Positions 17,866-25,208 of a stretch of DNA of 32,000 nt are shown here, in pieces. Position 1 is the first letter of the stretch, and each line of letters begins with the position of its first letter. The DNA comes from Trichlorobacter lovleyi SZ (GTDB lineage: Bacteria > Desulfobacterota > Desulfuromonadia > Geobacterales > Pseudopelobacteraceae), in NCBI RefSeq assembly GCF_000020385.1, contig NC_010814.1, positions 3,870,001-3,902,000 of the forward strand. The letters run 5' to 3'. Below the pieces are notes generated by a model. That model did no database searches. It was not told the origin of the DNA and saw nothing but the letters and a program-made list of their open reading frames with translations. A program made the translations under genes and the position numbers.

Positions 17866-18296
17866 GCCGCCTCCAGTGCCTGGCGGATCTGCTCACAACG
17901 CTGGCGATATCCTTCATTTGAAAGGTGGCTTTCTGGATGGGGCTCTGCCCAGACCGGCCTGGGCCAGAGCGGCTCATTGCTGAAACGGGGTATCAGATGC
18001 CAATGGATGTGGGGCACCATATTGCCCAGTAGCTCGTAATTGATCTTGTCCGGCTTGAAAAGACCGGCAAGGGCGGCTGCGGTTCTGGTCACCTCTTCCA
18101 TCATCCCCTGGCGGGTCTTGAGGTCCAGATCAAACAGTTCGGTGACATGCTGCTTGCTGAACAACAGACAGTAGCCGGGAAAGAACTGATCCCGGTTCAG
18201 AATCAGATAGCTGTACTCAAATTCCACAATCCGCAGATCGGCATCATCATCCCAGCGGCTGCACATCGGGCAGCCGGTTTGCTCTCTTATCGTCAT
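17862..18296 (-). CDS. HIT (histidine triad) family hydrolase
   Basis: Histidine triad HIHWHLIPRF near the C-terminus and a typical HIT fold length (144 aa). Confidence 0.8.
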   Translation of the reverse strand: MTIREQTGCPMCSRWDDDADLRIVEFEYSYLILNRDQFFPGYCLLFSKQHVTELFDLDLKTRQGMMEEVTRTAAALAGLFKPDKINYELLGNMVPHIHWHLIPRFSNEPLWPRPVWAEPHPESHLSNEGYRQRCEQIRQALEAA

Positions 18297-18300
18297 GGTG

Positions 18301-18440
18301 AGCCTCTTTCAAAATGTTGTGAGGAAGGTCGGATACAAGGCGCACGGAGCGCAACGACTGAGACATACCATTCAGGTAGGCGAAGAAGTGAGCACCGCGC
18401 AACGCAGTATACGGCCTCCGCAGTAGTTTTGAAAGGGGCT
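18301..18440 (-). other. structured intergenic element / candidate cis-regulatory leader closed by a 14-nt helix
   Basis: Arms 18301-18314 (AGCCTCTTTCAAAA) and 18427-18440 (TTTTGAAAGGGGCT) are complementary at 13/14 positions, with one T-G. They enclose a 112-nt GC-rich core with several local hairpins. The element fills the whole spacer between the kinase stop and the HIT start, and the proximal arm contains the HIT SD (GAAAGAGG on the minus strand). Confidence 0.35.
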
Positions 18441-19384
18441 CATGATTTCTCCACAAGGGGTAGTTGCAGGGTAATGGTACAACCGCTGCCGGGACCGGCA
18501 CTTTCAGCCTGCACTGCGCCGCCGCAGCCTTCAATCACGGACTGGACAATATACAGCCCCAGTCCGGTGCCACGAATCCGCTCATCCGGCAGTTCTACCC
18601 GGTAAAAACGACGGAAAATCTTGCGCAGTTCTGCTTTAGCAATACCACGACCGTGATCTTTTAATGCAATAATCGCCCAGCGGCCTTTACGACTCAGCCG
18701 CAATTCCAGCTCCGGCACACCGGGCGAATAGAGTACTGCATTTTCCAGCAGGTTACGCAACACAGTCCCCAGCTCATCAGGCTCCACCGCCGCCTTCAGA
18801 CCAGGTTCAAGTTCCAGCTCAAGCCGGGTACCCGGTGGCAGGCGATCACGGTTTTCATCCAGATATTTCTGCACAAAGGCTGAGAGATCAATCACCCGCC
18901 GGTCAGCCGGACGCCGGCGCTGTTCAATCCGGGCGGCCAGCAGCAGGTTGTCAATCTGGGAATGCAAGCGATGGGTATCATCCAGCATGGTATCCACAAA
19001 GCTGTCCAGGCGTTCTGCCGAGGGACGGCGCAACTGGATCGTCTCAAGATGAAGCTGGATTGATGCCAGGGGCGATTTCAGCTCATGGGTCACCTGGGTG
19101 ATAAACTCGCGCTGTTCCTGATAGAGCCGCGACTGACGGCGCCAGAAGATGAACAACGTATAAACACCGGCCAAAATCGCTGCCAGCAGCAGCAAGCCCT
19201 GCACCAGTGGAGACCAGCCCTCGGTCCGGGCCAGCAGCTCCGGACTGTAGCGGGTGGCCAGTTCTTTCAACTGGCGATGCCTGCCCACAAACCAGGTTAC
19301 CCACAGTACCACCACCACCACCCAGACCAACTGGATGGCCACCAGGGCAATCACCGGATTAAAAATACGACGAATCAGTTTCAT
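18440..19384 (-). CDS. membrane sensor histidine kinase (2 TM, HisKA + HATPase_c), no adjacent regulator
   Basis: Two hydrophobic spans, H-box VTHELKSPLASI, N-box LLENAVLYS, G-boxes DHGRGI and GTGLGLYI. Confidence 0.8.
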   Translation of the reverse strand: MKLIRRIFNPVIALVAIQLVWVVVVVLWVTWFVGRHRQLKELATRYSPELLARTEGWSPLVQGLLLLAAILAGVYTLFIFWRRQSRLYQEQREFITQVTHELKSPLASIQLHLETIQLRRPSAERLDSFVDTMLDDTHRLHSQIDNLLLAARIEQRRRPADRRVIDLSAFVQKYLDENRDRLPPGTRLELELEPGLKAAVEPDELGTVLRNLLENAVLYSPGVPELELRLSRKGRWAIIALKDHGRGIAKAELRKIFRRFYRVELPDERIRGTGLGLYIVQSVIEGCGGAVQAESAGPGSGCTITLQLPLVEKS

Positions 19385-19407
19385 CTGATATGACGCGTCT
19401 TTCCTGG

Positions 19408-19436
19408 TTGAATTTGTAACGCCGTTCTGTTATAAC
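19408..19436 (+). promoter_or_regulatory. candidate sigma-70 promoter for the 19489 membrane-protein gene
   Basis: TTGAAT (19408-19413), a 17-nt spacer, then TATAAC (19431-19436), about 52 nt upstream of ATG 19489. Pattern match only. Confidence 0.4.
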
Positions 19437-19488
19437 CCAGACCCGCTGCAGATCACACCACTAAATACACGCAAGTAAGGAACAAATA

Positions 19489-19971
19489 ATGGCATCCTAC
19501 GACTTCACCCGCCTCAGACGTCTCACGATCATCCACAACGTGGTGCAGGTCGGCCTGCTGGGCCTGTTAATGTTTATGGCCTACAATTTTATGCTGGCTT
19601 TTGCCAAGTATGGCATGTCCGGTTTGTTTGTCAAAAGCTTCATCATGGCGGTGGTCGTGCAGCTGATCTGTATGTATCCTGCTTGGTGGCTTGCCGGCAA
19701 GGATGTTGAGGTAGAAGTTGAGACAAGCCTTGTTGGAGTTACGCCGGAACAATTGGTGGCACTGCGCCGCAGACGGCTGCTTGGTGATATCTGGAAGCTC
19801 TCTGCCCTGGGCGCCTTTGTGGTCTTTATTTTCATGTCACCCAGTGTGGAAAAAGGACGGGCGGCATCGCTGTTCCTGTCGGTTTCCTACTATTCGTTCC
19901 TGCTGGTGGCCATTACCTACTTCCAGTGCTTTAACTTCATTGCCAAAAAGCGCCGCAGGGAACTTGCCTGA
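19489..19971 (+). CDS. small integral membrane protein of unknown function
   Basis: 160-aa ORF with about four hydrophobic helices and a basic C-terminus (KKRRREL). SD-like AAGGAA lies upstream and a strong terminator follows. I recognise no family. Confidence 0.55.
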   Translation: MASYDFTRLRRLTIIHNVVQVGLLGLLMFMAYNFMLAFAKYGMSGLFVKSFIMAVVVQLICMYPAWWLAGKDVEVEVETSLVGVTPEQLVALRRRRLLGDIWKLSALGAFVVFIFMSPSVEKGRAASLFLSVSYYSFLLVAITYFQCFNFIAKKRRRELA

Positions 19972-19993
19972 AACACTACCGCCGTACTTGAAT

Positions 19994-20023
19994 GAAACGG
20001 CCCGGTGTAAACCGGGCCGTTTC
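19994..20023. terminator. bidirectional hairpin terminator between convergent genes
   Basis: GAAACGGCCCGGT, loop GTAA, ACCGGGCCGTTTC form a 13-bp stem with a 4-nt loop. T and A runs are built into the stem ends. It lies between stops at 19971 (+) and 20032 (-). Confidence 0.7.
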
Positions 20024-20031
20024 TGTATCAA

Positions 20032-20586
20032 CTAGTCATTATCACGGCCATGGCCGCGGCCATGTTTTTTGTGTTCCTTCCACTCCTCGCGCGCTTCCCG
20101 CTTGTCCTCCTTACGACGGTCCTTCTCATCCCGCCACTCTTCTCGTTCCTCCCGACCAGGCCGGAAATGTTTACCGCGGTAGTGATCACGATTCGCATGG
20201 TAGGCGCGGTACTCATGATCACGGTAGTAGCGGATCTTCTCCACCTTGTATCGTCTGACCGGTGCCGGGAGCTGCTCGTAGCGGGTTACCACCCAGGGAC
20301 CGTTATAATGGTTGGCCCGATACCAGTGATTACCTTGAAAGAGGTAGTAGACGCCGGAAATGAGAACCATGTCGTAGGACATATCAACTCCCACATAGAA
20401 CCCCAGTGACGATGGCGCCAGAAAGAGCGGCGGCGCATCAAAGACCACCCGGGGCGCCACCACAACCGTGGGAGGCGGCGGTACCGGCACTCCCAGATTA
20501 ACATTAACATTGAAATTGGACTCAGCTGCTCCAAGTGACGGGACCGCCATAAGTGCTGCCAGGACCAGAGCTGTTGCGATTCGCAT
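20032..20586 (-). CDS. secreted protein of unknown function with highly charged Arg/Glu/His-rich C-terminal tail
   Basis: Signal peptide MRIATALVLAALMAVPSLGAAES, a Pro-rich stretch, an aromatic core (YYLFQGNHWYRANHYNGPWV), then the tail REEREEWRDEKDRRKEDKREAREEWKEHKKHGRGHGRDND. A strong AAGGAGG SD lies 9 nt upstream of the ATG. Confidence 0.55.
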   Translation of the reverse strand: MRIATALVLAALMAVPSLGAAESNFNVNVNLGVPVPPPPTVVVAPRVVFDAPPLFLAPSSLGFYVGVDMSYDMVLISGVYYLFQGNHWYRANHYNGPWVVTRYEQLPAPVRRYKVEKIRYYRDHEYRAYHANRDHYRGKHFRPGREEREEWRDEKDRRKEDKREAREEWKEHKKHGRGHGRDND

Positions 20587-20623
20587 CTGCTGTTTCCTCC
20601 TTATAATGGAATACTCTGCCTAA

Positions 20624-20639
20624 AGCATATTCAGTGCCA
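20624..20639 (-). promoter_or_regulatory. candidate sigma-54 (-24/-12) promoter upstream of the 20586 gene, overlapping the helicase stop codon
   Basis: The minus strand reads TGGCAC-TGAAT-ATGCT with GG-N10-GC spacing. Only the first base of the -12 block departs from the TGGCAC-N5-TTGCW consensus. The -12 element lies about 38 nt upstream of ATG 20586. Confidence 0.4.
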
Positions 20640-23147
20640 TGATTGGAAAAACTGCTCCATCCGGCTGAATACCTGATCCAGCGGAGCGATCAGTTGTGCG
20701 GCCTCAGGCAAAGACTTTCTGAAACGCGCACCATAATTCTTGGTGACCATCCGGCTATCAAGAATCAGCACGGCCCCACGGTCAGTCCGGCTGCGGATCA
20801 GGCGGCCAAAGCCCTGACGCAGCTTGAGCACCGCCTGGGGCACTGACATCTCACGGAACGGATCGCCCCCCAGGCTGGTGATCCGCTCTGCCCTTGCCTG
20901 CTGGATCGGCTCTGTCGGCACCTGAAACGGCAGCCGGGCAATCACCACCAAGCGCAGGGCATCCCCCTTGACATCCACCCCTTCCCAGAAAGAATCAGTA
21001 CCGAACAGCACGGCATGCTGTTCCTTGCGGAAACGGGCCAACAGCTGGTGCCTGCCGCCCCCCTCACCCTGCCGCAATACCGTTATTCCCTGATTTTCCA
21101 GTTCAGCTTTAAGGGCAGCATGAGTCTGACGCAGCAGGTCAAAAGAGGTGAACAGCACAAAGGCGCCTCCCTGCGAGATGCTGATCGCCCGCAGCACTGC
21201 ATCAGCCAATGGCTGGCGAAAGGCAAAACTGGTTGGGTCAGGTAGATCCCGGGGGATGGCCACCAATGACTGCTCTGCATAATCAAAGGGTGAGGCCAGT
21301 GCCAGCTCCTGCAGCCGCTCCGACTCCAGCAGGTCAAGGCCGGTCCTTCTGCGCAGATAGCCGAATGAGCCACCCACGGTCAGGGTGGCTGAGGTCAGCA
21401 CCACCGTGGGGATCGGATCAAGCAAAGCGGTCTTGATGGTCTCTGCCACATCCAGGGGTGCCACACAGACCGTGGCCTGGCTGCCCCGGCTGGTCTGCTT
21501 GGCCTCCAGCCAGCAGCAGGCCTCAGGATCATCAGTGCAGAACCAGGCCAGTTCACGGCTGATCGCCACCAGACGCTGACCAATGCCAAAGGCGTCAGTT
21601 AACAGCCCGTTCACCGCCTGCATGACCGTGTCCGGCAGCTTGGCAGCAGCCCGGTCCAGTGCTCCCAGACCATCGGCCAGTTCCTGCAACTGCTCGCCCA
21701 GACGCTTCAGGCGGGTCTCCAGCTCATGCCAGAACGGTGTGGCACGCACCTCTGCGGTAATCCTGCGCTTCAGCTCACCACCCCGCTGATCATCTCCTTG
21801 TTGCATTTCACCTTGCAAGGCCTGGGCAAGCCAGTCCAGCTCACGGTCAACCGCGCCTGCCAGCTCATGGACCTGGGGCAGTAGGGCAGCCTCGATCAGG
21901 CCGGATAGTTCCTGATACAGGGCATCCAGCTCTTCCGGTAGTTCCTTGCCGATCTTGGTGTTCAGTACGCTCAGGATGCCGGCTCTGCCACCGGATGGCG
22001 CCAGCCTTGACAGTTGCTTCATCAACCCGGCCCGGCTGATCCTGACTGACAAGGCGCCGGTGGCCGCCTCTTCCAGGTGGTGGGCCTCATCAATAATCAG
22101 ACGGCTGAAGGGTGGCAGAATGGCAACCGCATCATAACCGCTCTCACGGCGCAGGGCGATATCAGCCAGCAGCAGGGCGTGGTTGACCACCAGCAGCCGG
22201 GCTGAAGCGGCATCGCGGCGCGCCTTGTAGAAAAAGCAGCGGTTAAACTCCGGACAGCGGGAACGGCCACACTGGTCTGCCTCGCAACGCAGGTCATCCC
22301 AGACCTCCCAGGCAGGATGGAAGGAGAGATCGCTCAGGCAGCCGCTGCGAGTGGTTTCGCTCCAGGCAGCTATGGCCTGTAACTCCTCCGAAGCGCTGTC
22401 CGGGAACAGGGACGGCTCATCCAGCACCCCGCCCAGTTTGCGCAGGCAAAGGTAGTTGCCGCGCCCCTTGACCAGACAGGCGGTGAACTCCGTGGCAGCA
22501 TGGCGTTGCAGCAGGGGAATATCCTTCTTGATCAGCTGTTCCTGCAGGTTGATGGTGTTAGTGGAGATCACCACCCGTTGATCATTACGCATGGCCCAGA
22601 GCAGGGCAGGCACCAGATAGGCCAGTGATTTGCCGGTGCCGGTACCGGCCTCAATCAGCGCCACGGTGTTGTCGTTAAAGGCGGTTGCCACGCTAAAGGC
22701 CATCCGCACCTGTTCATCCCGTTTTTCATACCCCTTAAGATGCTTAGCCAGCATCCCGTCAGAGCCAAAGACCTTTTCCAGCTCATCAAAATTAAGCCGT
22801 TCGCCGGTGCGGGGGGTATGGGGCGCCACCACCAGATAGCAACGCTGGCAGTCATTGTCGATGATGCCGAAACCGATCCCGTTGTTGCCGCAGATCGAGG
22901 CCAGATCAAGATCAGCATCAGAGGGGATCAGCTCGCCGGAGGGGTGGTTGTGCAGCACCATCTGGCCGGCCGAGGCGCGGGAGAGGATGGCCGGTACGGC
23001 GTGCTTATTGCCACGGGCAATGGCCTCGGCAGAGACCATCACACCATTGTCGTCCAGGCAGGCGATGAAGAAGACCTCATTACCACGGGCCTGTTTGATC
23101 TCAAAACGGATCAGGGCGCTGCAATCAGTTGAAAAGGTTGCGGGCAT
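20631..23147 (-). CDS. DinG/XPD-family (DEAD_2/helicase_C_2) Fe-S helicase with N-terminal RadC-like JAMM/MPN+ domain
   Basis: Residues 1-110 carry E24 and HNHPSGELIPSDAD (H66, H68, S76, D79; nt 22952-22911), the H-x-H-x7-S-x2-D JAMM motif in its RadC form. The helicase part has Walker A EAGTGTGKS, the Cys cluster CEADQCGRSRCPEFNRC, DEAH box IIDEAHHLEE, and the C-terminal motifs SATL, FWEGVD and QGFGRLIR. Confidence 0.8.
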   Translation of the reverse strand: MPATFSTDCSALIRFEIKQARGNEVFFIACLDDNGVMVSAEAIARGNKHAVPAILSRASAGQMVLHNHPSGELIPSDADLDLASICGNNGIGFGIIDNDCQRCYLVVAPHTPRTGERLNFDELEKVFGSDGMLAKHLKGYEKRDEQVRMAFSVATAFNDNTVALIEAGTGTGKSLAYLVPALLWAMRNDQRVVISTNTINLQEQLIKKDIPLLQRHAATEFTACLVKGRGNYLCLRKLGGVLDEPSLFPDSASEELQAIAAWSETTRSGCLSDLSFHPAWEVWDDLRCEADQCGRSRCPEFNRCFFYKARRDAASARLLVVNHALLLADIALRRESGYDAVAILPPFSRLIIDEAHHLEEAATGALSVRISRAGLMKQLSRLAPSGGRAGILSVLNTKIGKELPEELDALYQELSGLIEAALLPQVHELAGAVDRELDWLAQALQGEMQQGDDQRGGELKRRITAEVRATPFWHELETRLKRLGEQLQELADGLGALDRAAAKLPDTVMQAVNGLLTDAFGIGQRLVAISRELAWFCTDDPEACCWLEAKQTSRGSQATVCVAPLDVAETIKTALLDPIPTVVLTSATLTVGGSFGYLRRRTGLDLLESERLQELALASPFDYAEQSLVAIPRDLPDPTSFAFRQPLADAVLRAISISQGGAFVLFTSFDLLRQTHAALKAELENQGITVLRQGEGGGRHQLLARFRKEQHAVLFGTDSFWEGVDVKGDALRLVVIARLPFQVPTEPIQQARAERITSLGGDPFREMSVPQAVLKLRQGFGRLIRSRTDRGAVLILDSRMVTKNYGARFRKSLPEAAQLIAPLDQVFSRMEQFFQSWH

Positions 23148-23152
23148 GAAGA

Positions 23153-23332
23153 TCAGGATTGTTCGTCAGACAATAAGTTCATATCTGAGTATGGTGCCGG
23201 GCGTATCTCCCCCAGCGACTTCAGGCAGGTCTTCCGGTCCTCATCACCCCCAAAAATCGTAGCGCGGTTGTTGTCGCGTTGCATAATCTGATATGGGTGA
23301 CCAGGCGCTATGCTGCAGGCTGTTTTTAACAT
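23153..23332 (-). pseudogene. decayed N-terminal fragment of a Y1 (IS200/RAYT-like, COG1943-type) transposase
   Basis: The translation MLKTACSIAPGHPYQIMQRDNNRATIFGGDEDRKTCLKSLGEI resembles the conserved N-terminus of this family (..PG..YHV..RGN.R..IF.DD.DR..FL.LL) as I recall it. The expected HUH region reads LLSDEQS and is followed by a stop after about 60 codons, against full-length proteins of well over 150 aa. Confidence 0.4.
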
Positions 23333-23486
23333 CGGTTGGATAGTAATGACAGTTATTCGCATTGGCAATACAAATGTGGTGAATGGCCCGAATGGTGCGT
23401 TGTCGGCAATAGTACATGCACCTGAAAGCAACTCGACTCAACAGATGGTGTTCGCTATTGACAGCACACATCATTCCGCTAAGCTA

Positions 23487-25208
23487 ATGCCTATGTTAAA
23501 CAGAATCTGCTTTCTAATAATCATCATTTCATTTTTCGGTGGGTTGCCGCTCCATGCTGAGCAGGCTACCCCCGACAATGCCCATGTGATCGTCGTCGGA
23601 GGTAACAGCAACTACCCGCCCTATCAATTTATCGGCAAAAATGGCCAACCTGACGGATATATTGTCGATCTGACCAAGGCGATTGCAGGCGTGATGGGGA
23701 TGAAGATTGATATCCGCCTCGGAGATTTCGGGGGAATTCTGGATGAGTTGGAGAATGGCCGGATTGATATCCTTGAAGGTCTTTCCTATTCAGAAAGCAG
23801 GGCGCAGCACTACGATTTTTCCCCCCCGCACTCAATTATCGTGCATGCCATCTTTGCACGAAAGGGGACTAAAGAGGTTAAAACGCTGGATGAACTGCGG
23901 GGTAAAAAAGTGTTGGTGCATCGGGGTGGCGGTATGCACAGCTACATGAAGGAGCACAATTACGCCCACGACCTAGTCCTGACCGATAGCCCGCGTGAAA
24001 CCTTGCAACAGCTTGCCGTCGGCAAATGTGATTATGCCGTCGTGGCACTTTTGCCCGGTATGTATATCATTCGCGAAGAAAACCTGACCAATATTGTGCC
24101 GATAGCCAAGAACATCATCCAGCAGCGTTACTATTGTTATGCGGTCAAAAAAGGAAATACCGAGCTCCTTGCCAGGTTTAACGAAGGGCTCACCATCCTT
24201 AAGAAAACCGGCCAGTACGATGCAATATATAACAAATGGCTGGGGGTACTGGAACCGCAAAGGGTTTCCTGGAGGGTTATTGCAAAATATGCCGCGTTAG
24301 TGGTGATTCCGCTTGTGTTGGTACTTATGGGAACGGTGCTCTGGTCTTATTCCCTGCGCAAGCAGGTGGCACAGCGAACAGAATCTCTTTCAAAGGCTCT
24401 GGTTGAGTTGCGCTCCAATCAGCAGCAACTTGTTCAAGCGGATAAAATGGCTGCGTTGGGAATACTCGTGTCAGGCGTAGCCCACGAAATCAATAACCCG
24501 ACCGGTATCATCCTGATGAATATGCCGACGCTGAGAAAGATTCTCCGCGATGCCGAGCGCATTCTGGACCAATACCGCGAGGAGCATGGCGATTATTCGC
24601 TCGGCGGACTTTCGTACGAACGTGTGCGGCAGGAATTGCCGCTCCTTCTGGAAGAAATGCAGGATGGAGCAGAGCGAATCAAACATACCGTAAATGACCT
24701 TAAGAATTTTGCCCGCAAGGATGATGAAGCCGCCAAGGTGTTACTTGATTTCAATGCCGTGGTACAGACGGCGGTACGGCTGGTCGATGTAACAACCAGA
24801 AAAGCTACCAATAGTTTTACAACAAGCTATGCAGACAATCTTCCGGGGATCATGGGCAACGCGCAACGCATCGAGCAGGTGGTGGTGAACCTGATTATGA
24901 ATGCCTGCCAGGCGCTTCCTGATCCCGGCCGTGCCATTGCCATCTCGACCCACTTTGATCCACAAGCCAACGTCGTTGTCCTTACCGTCAAGGATGAAGG
25001 ATCCGGCATTCCGCCGGAGCATCTGCCGCGTCTGACGGACCCTTTCTTTACCACCAAACGTGAAAGCGGGGGGACGGGATTGGGGCTCTCTGTCTCAGCC
25101 TCTATTATTAAGGATCACGGCGGAGAGCTTACCTTCGACTCAGCGCATGGTAAGGGAACGACGGTTAAATGTACGTTTCAGGCCGCCATGGAGGGCAAGA
25201 AGCTGTGA
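23487..25208 (+). CDS. sensor histidine kinase with periplasmic family-3 solute-binding (SBP_bac_3-like) domain
   Basis: Signal/TM segment (LNRICFLIIIISFFGGLPLHA), then a periplasmic domain of about 230 aa with PBP type-2 features (NYPPYQF, DIRLGDFGGILDELENGRIDIL, YAVKKGN). Second TM is AALVVIPLVLVLMGTVLW. H-box GVAHEINNPTG, N-box LIMNACQA, G-boxes DEGSGI and GGTGLGLS. Start at ATG 23487 or 23493; the ORF track start at 23310 is an unlikely extension. Confidence 0.8.
   Translation: MPMLNRICFLIIIISFFGGLPLHAEQATPDNAHVIVVGGNSNYPPYQFIGKNGQPDGYIVDLTKAIAGVMGMKIDIRLGDFGGILDELENGRIDILEGLSYSESRAQHYDFSPPHSIIVHAIFARKGTKEVKTLDELRGKKVLVHRGGGMHSYMKEHNYAHDLVLTDSPRETLQQLAVGKCDYAVVALLPGMYIIREENLTNIVPIAKNIIQQRYYCYAVKKGNTELLARFNEGLTILKKTGQYDAIYNKWLGVLEPQRVSWRVIAKYAALVVIPLVLVLMGTVLWSYSLRKQVAQRTESLSKALVELRSNQQQLVQADKMAALGILVSGVAHEINNPTGIILMNMPTLRKILRDAERILDQYREEHGDYSLGGLSYERVRQELPLLLEEMQDGAERIKHTVNDLKNFARKDDEAAKVLLDFNAVVQTAVRLVDVTTRKATNSFTTSYADNLPGIMGNAQRIEQVVVNLIMNACQALPDPGRAIAISTHFDPQANVVVLTVKDEGSGIPPEHLPRLTDPFFTTKRESGGTGLGLSVSASIIKDHGGELTFDSAHGKGTTVKCTFQAAMEGKKL

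Noticed and set aside
23310-23486. 59-codon N-terminal extension of the sensor kinase ORF.
   Set aside because: It has no signal or TM character and overlaps the transposase-fragment region. The hydrophobic signal-like segment begins right after Met at 23487/23493.
25169-25204. ATG 25169 as the start of the sigma-54 regulator (40-nt overlap with the kinase).
   Set aside because: Not excluded, but GTG 25205 has a well-spaced GGAGGG SD and forms a GTGA stop-start overlap. The receiver domain begins right after it.
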